DNA of 13,074 nucleotides from Marsupella aquatica (taxonomy: Eukaryota > Plantae > Marchantiophyta): NCBI GenBank assembly GCA_973895155.1, contig OZ316897.1:23663103-23676176 (forward strand), given 5' to 3'. How positions within the stretch are numbered: the first letter of the stretch is position 1; each line of letters starts with the position of its first letter. Shown piece after piece: positions 9,784-13,074 of the stretch. The translations under genes and the position numbers were made by a program. The notes under the pieces were generated by a model. That model saw only the letters and a program-made list of their open reading frames with translations. It ran no database searches and was not told the DNA's origin.

Positions 9784-12700
9784 GGTACACGCACCCCGAA
9801 AATTGCGGGGTACCCCCACCCCTAGCCCCTCCAAAATGCGCACACAACAAACTCGGGGTCAAACTCACCCCCAATATTCAATAATCATACCAGTACTTAA
9901 AAAACTGGTATGCCACATGTGAAAACTGGGGATGACACTGTAAACCCTAAACCATAAACCCTAAACCCTAAACGCTAACCCTTTTTTTTCTTTTTGCTAT
10001 ACTTGTCAAAAAAACGTGCTAGGCGAGCACGTAACGTTCCAAAACGTGCTATTTGCGCAAATCCACCAAAATGAAACGTTTTACCAATACTTTAAAAAAG
10101 TCAAAATTACATAAAAAGCCAACTACTCGTACCCCTAGTTGTGATCACCTCGTCGCGATAGGAGCGTGGACTCACTCCTAGTATGCATACATTGGGGGTG
10201 ATTCACCCCCAATCTTGACCATCCTCACCCCCAATGCACGCACCCCCAAAACTGGGGGCCACCCTCACCCTCAACCCCCATGGAACCCCTCCCCCACCCT
10301 CACCCCCAGCTCGTTACACCCCCAATGCTACATTAGGGTTGCACACGCCCCCATGTGCACGCACCCCCAAAATTGGGGGCCACCCTCACCCTCAACCCCC
10401 ATGGAACCCCTCCCCCTCCCTCACCCCCAGCTCGTTACACCCCCAATGCTCAATTAGGGTTGCACACGCCCCCATGTGCACGCACCCCCAAAACTGGGGG
10501 CCACCCTCACCCTCAACCCCCATGGAACCCCTCCCCCTCCCTCACCCCCTGCTCGTTACACCCCCAATGCTACAGTAGGGTTGCACACGCCCCCATGTGC
10601 ACGCACCCCCAAAACTGGGGGCCACCCTCACCCTCAACCCCCATGGAACCCCTCCCCCACCCTCACCCCCAGCTCGTTACACCCCCAATGCTCAATTAGG
10701 GTTGCACAGGCCCCCATGTGCACGCACCCCCAAAACTGGGGGCCACCCTCACCCTCAACCCCCATGGAACCCCTCCCCCACCCTCACCCCCAGCTCGTTA
10801 CACCCCCAAAAGCTACAGTAGGGTGGCACTCGCCCCCTGGTACACGCACCCCGAAAATTGCGGGGTACCCCCACCCCTAGCCCCTCCAAAATGCGCACAC
10901 AACAAACTGGGGGTCAAACTCACCCCCAATATTCAATAATCATACCAGTACTTAAAAAACTGGTATGCCACATGTGAAAACTGGGGATGACACTGTAAAC
11001 CCTAAACCATAAACCCTAAACCCTAAACGCTAACCCTTTTTTTTCTTTTTGCTATACTTGTCAAAAAAACGTGCTAGGCGAGCACGTAACGTTCCAAAAC
11101 GTGCTATTTGCGCAAATCCACCAAAATGAAACGTTTTACCAATACTTTAAAAAAGTCAAAATTACATAAAAAGCCAACTACTCGTACCCCTAGTTGTGAT
11201 CACCTCGTCGCGATAGGAGCGTGGACTCACTCCTAGTATGCATACATTGGGGGTGATTCACCCCCAATCTTGACCATCCTCACCCCCAATGCACGCACCC
11301 CCAAAACTGGGGGCCACCCTCACCCTCAACCCCCATGGAACCCCTCCCCCACCCTCACCCCCAGCTCGTTACACCCCCAATGCTACATTAGGGTTGCACA
11401 GGCCCCCATGTGCACGCACCCCCAAAACTGGGGGCCATCCTCACCCTCAACCCCCATGGAACCCCTCCCCCACCCTCACCCCCAGCTCGTTACACCCCCA
11501 ATGCTCAATTAGGGTTGCACACGCCCCCATGTGCACGCACCCCCAAAACTGGGGGCCACCCTCACCCTCAACCCCCATGGAACCCCTCCCCCACCCTCAC
11601 CCCCAGCTCGTTACACCCCCAATGCTACAGTAGGGTTGCACACGCCCCCATGTGCACGCACCCCCAAAACTGGGGGCCATCCTCACCCTCAACCCCCATG
11701 GAACCCCTCCCCCACCCTCACCCCCAGCTCGTTACACCCCCAATGCTCAATTAGGGTTGCACACGCCCCCATGTGCACGCACCCCCAAAACTGGGGGCCA
11801 CCCTCACCCTCAACCCCCATGGAACCCCTCCCCCACCCTCACCCCCAGCTCGTTACACCCCCAAAAGCTACAGTAGGGTGGCACTCGCCCCCTGGTACAC
11901 GCACCCCGAAAATTGCGGGGTACCCCCACCCCTAGCCCCTCCAAAATGCGCACACAACAAACTCGGGGTCAAACTCACCCCCAATATTCAATAATCATAC
12001 CAGTACTTAAAAAACTGGTATGCCACATGTGAAAACTGGGGATGACACTGTAAACCCTAAACCATAAACCCTAAACCCTAAACGCTAACCCTTTTTTTTC
12101 TTTTTGCTATACTTGTCAAAAAAACGTGCTAGGCGAGCACGTAACGTTCCAAAACGTGCTATTTGCGCAAATCCACCAAAATGAAACGTTTTACCAATAC
12201 TTTAAAAAAGTCAAAATTACATAAAAAGCCAACTACTCGTACCCCTAGTTGTGATCACCTCGTCGCGATAGGAGCGTGGACTCACTCCTAGTATGCATAC
12301 ATTGGGGGTGATTCACCCCCAATCTTGACCATCCTCACCCCCAATGCACGCACCCCCAAAACTGGGGGCCACCCTCACCCTCAACCCCCATGGAACCCCT
12401 CCCCCACCCTCACCCCCAGCTCGTTACACCCCCAATGCTACATTAGGGTTGCACACGCCCCCATGTGCACGCACCCCCAAAATTGGGGGCCACCCTCACC
12501 CTCAACCCCCATGGAACCCCTCCCCCTCCCTCACCCCCAGCTCGTTACACCCCCAATGCTCAATTAGGGTTGCACACGCCCCCATGTGCACGCACCCCCA
12601 AAACTGGGGGCCACCCTCACCCTCAACCCCCATGGAACCCCTCCCCCTCCCTCACCCCCTGCTCGTTACACCCCCAATGCTACAGTAGGGTTGCACACGC

Positions 12701-13074
12701 CCCCATGTGCACGCACCCCCAAAACTGGGGGCCACCCTCACCCTCAACCCCCATGGAACCCCTCCCCCACCCTCACCCCCAGCTCGTTACACCCCCAATG
12801 CTCAATTAGGGTTGCACAGGCCCCCATGTGCACGCACCCCCAAAACTGGGGGCCACCCTCACCCTCAACCCCCATGGAACCCCTCCCCCACCCTCACCCC
12901 CAGCTCGTTACACCCCCAAAAGCTACAGTAGGGTGGCACTCGCCCCCTGGTACACGCACCCCGAAAATTGCGGGGTACCCCCACCCCTAGCCCCTCCAAA
13001 ATGCGCACACAACAAACTGGGGGTCAAACTCACCCCCAATATTCAATAATCATACCAGTACTTAAAAAACTGGT

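Larger units (their letters stand above)
1..13074. repeat. Tandem array (satellite-like) with a 1055-bp unit, running off both window ends
   Basis: Identical landmarks recur at 807, 1862, 2917, 3972, 5027, 6082, 7137, 8192, then 10215, 11270, 12325. Spacing is 1055 bp except one 2023-bp interval. Unit = 5 x 121-bp monomers + 450-bp spacer. Confidence 0.99.

Noticed and set aside
13-13049. Many proline-rich ORFs (73-134 aa), superficially extensin-like
   Set aside because: They overlap in all three frames because the 121-bp period is not a multiple of 3. Most start at GTG/TTG, and Pro-richness simply reflects C-runs. No domain or signal peptide is recognisable.
1-13074. Rolling-circle amplification or sequencing concatemer of a single 2110-bp circle
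   Set aside because: The mosaic 2023-bp unit with novel haplotypes is hard to derive from one template. It is not fully excluded without raw reads.

Overview
The whole 13,074-bp window is one non-coding, hierarchically organised tandem array (satellite-like DNA); no credible gene is present. The basic unit is 1055 bp: five 121-bp C-rich monomers plus a 450-bp spacer. Two unit variants (A and B, 9 substitutions apart by eye) alternate strictly, giving a 2110-bp higher-order repeat. One B unit (8211-10233) is expanded by exactly 8 monomers (968 bp) and contains A-type and chimeric monomers. Each spacer carries a degenerate plant-type telomeric tract (TAAACCC)n, a T-tract, a cluster of palindromes resembling a Mutator-type TIR end, and a GC-rich hairpin followed by CTAG|T resembling a Helitron 3' end. 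The working model (inference) is a eukaryotic, possibly plant, satellite derived from transposon termini. All listed ORFs are artefacts of the C-rich repeat.
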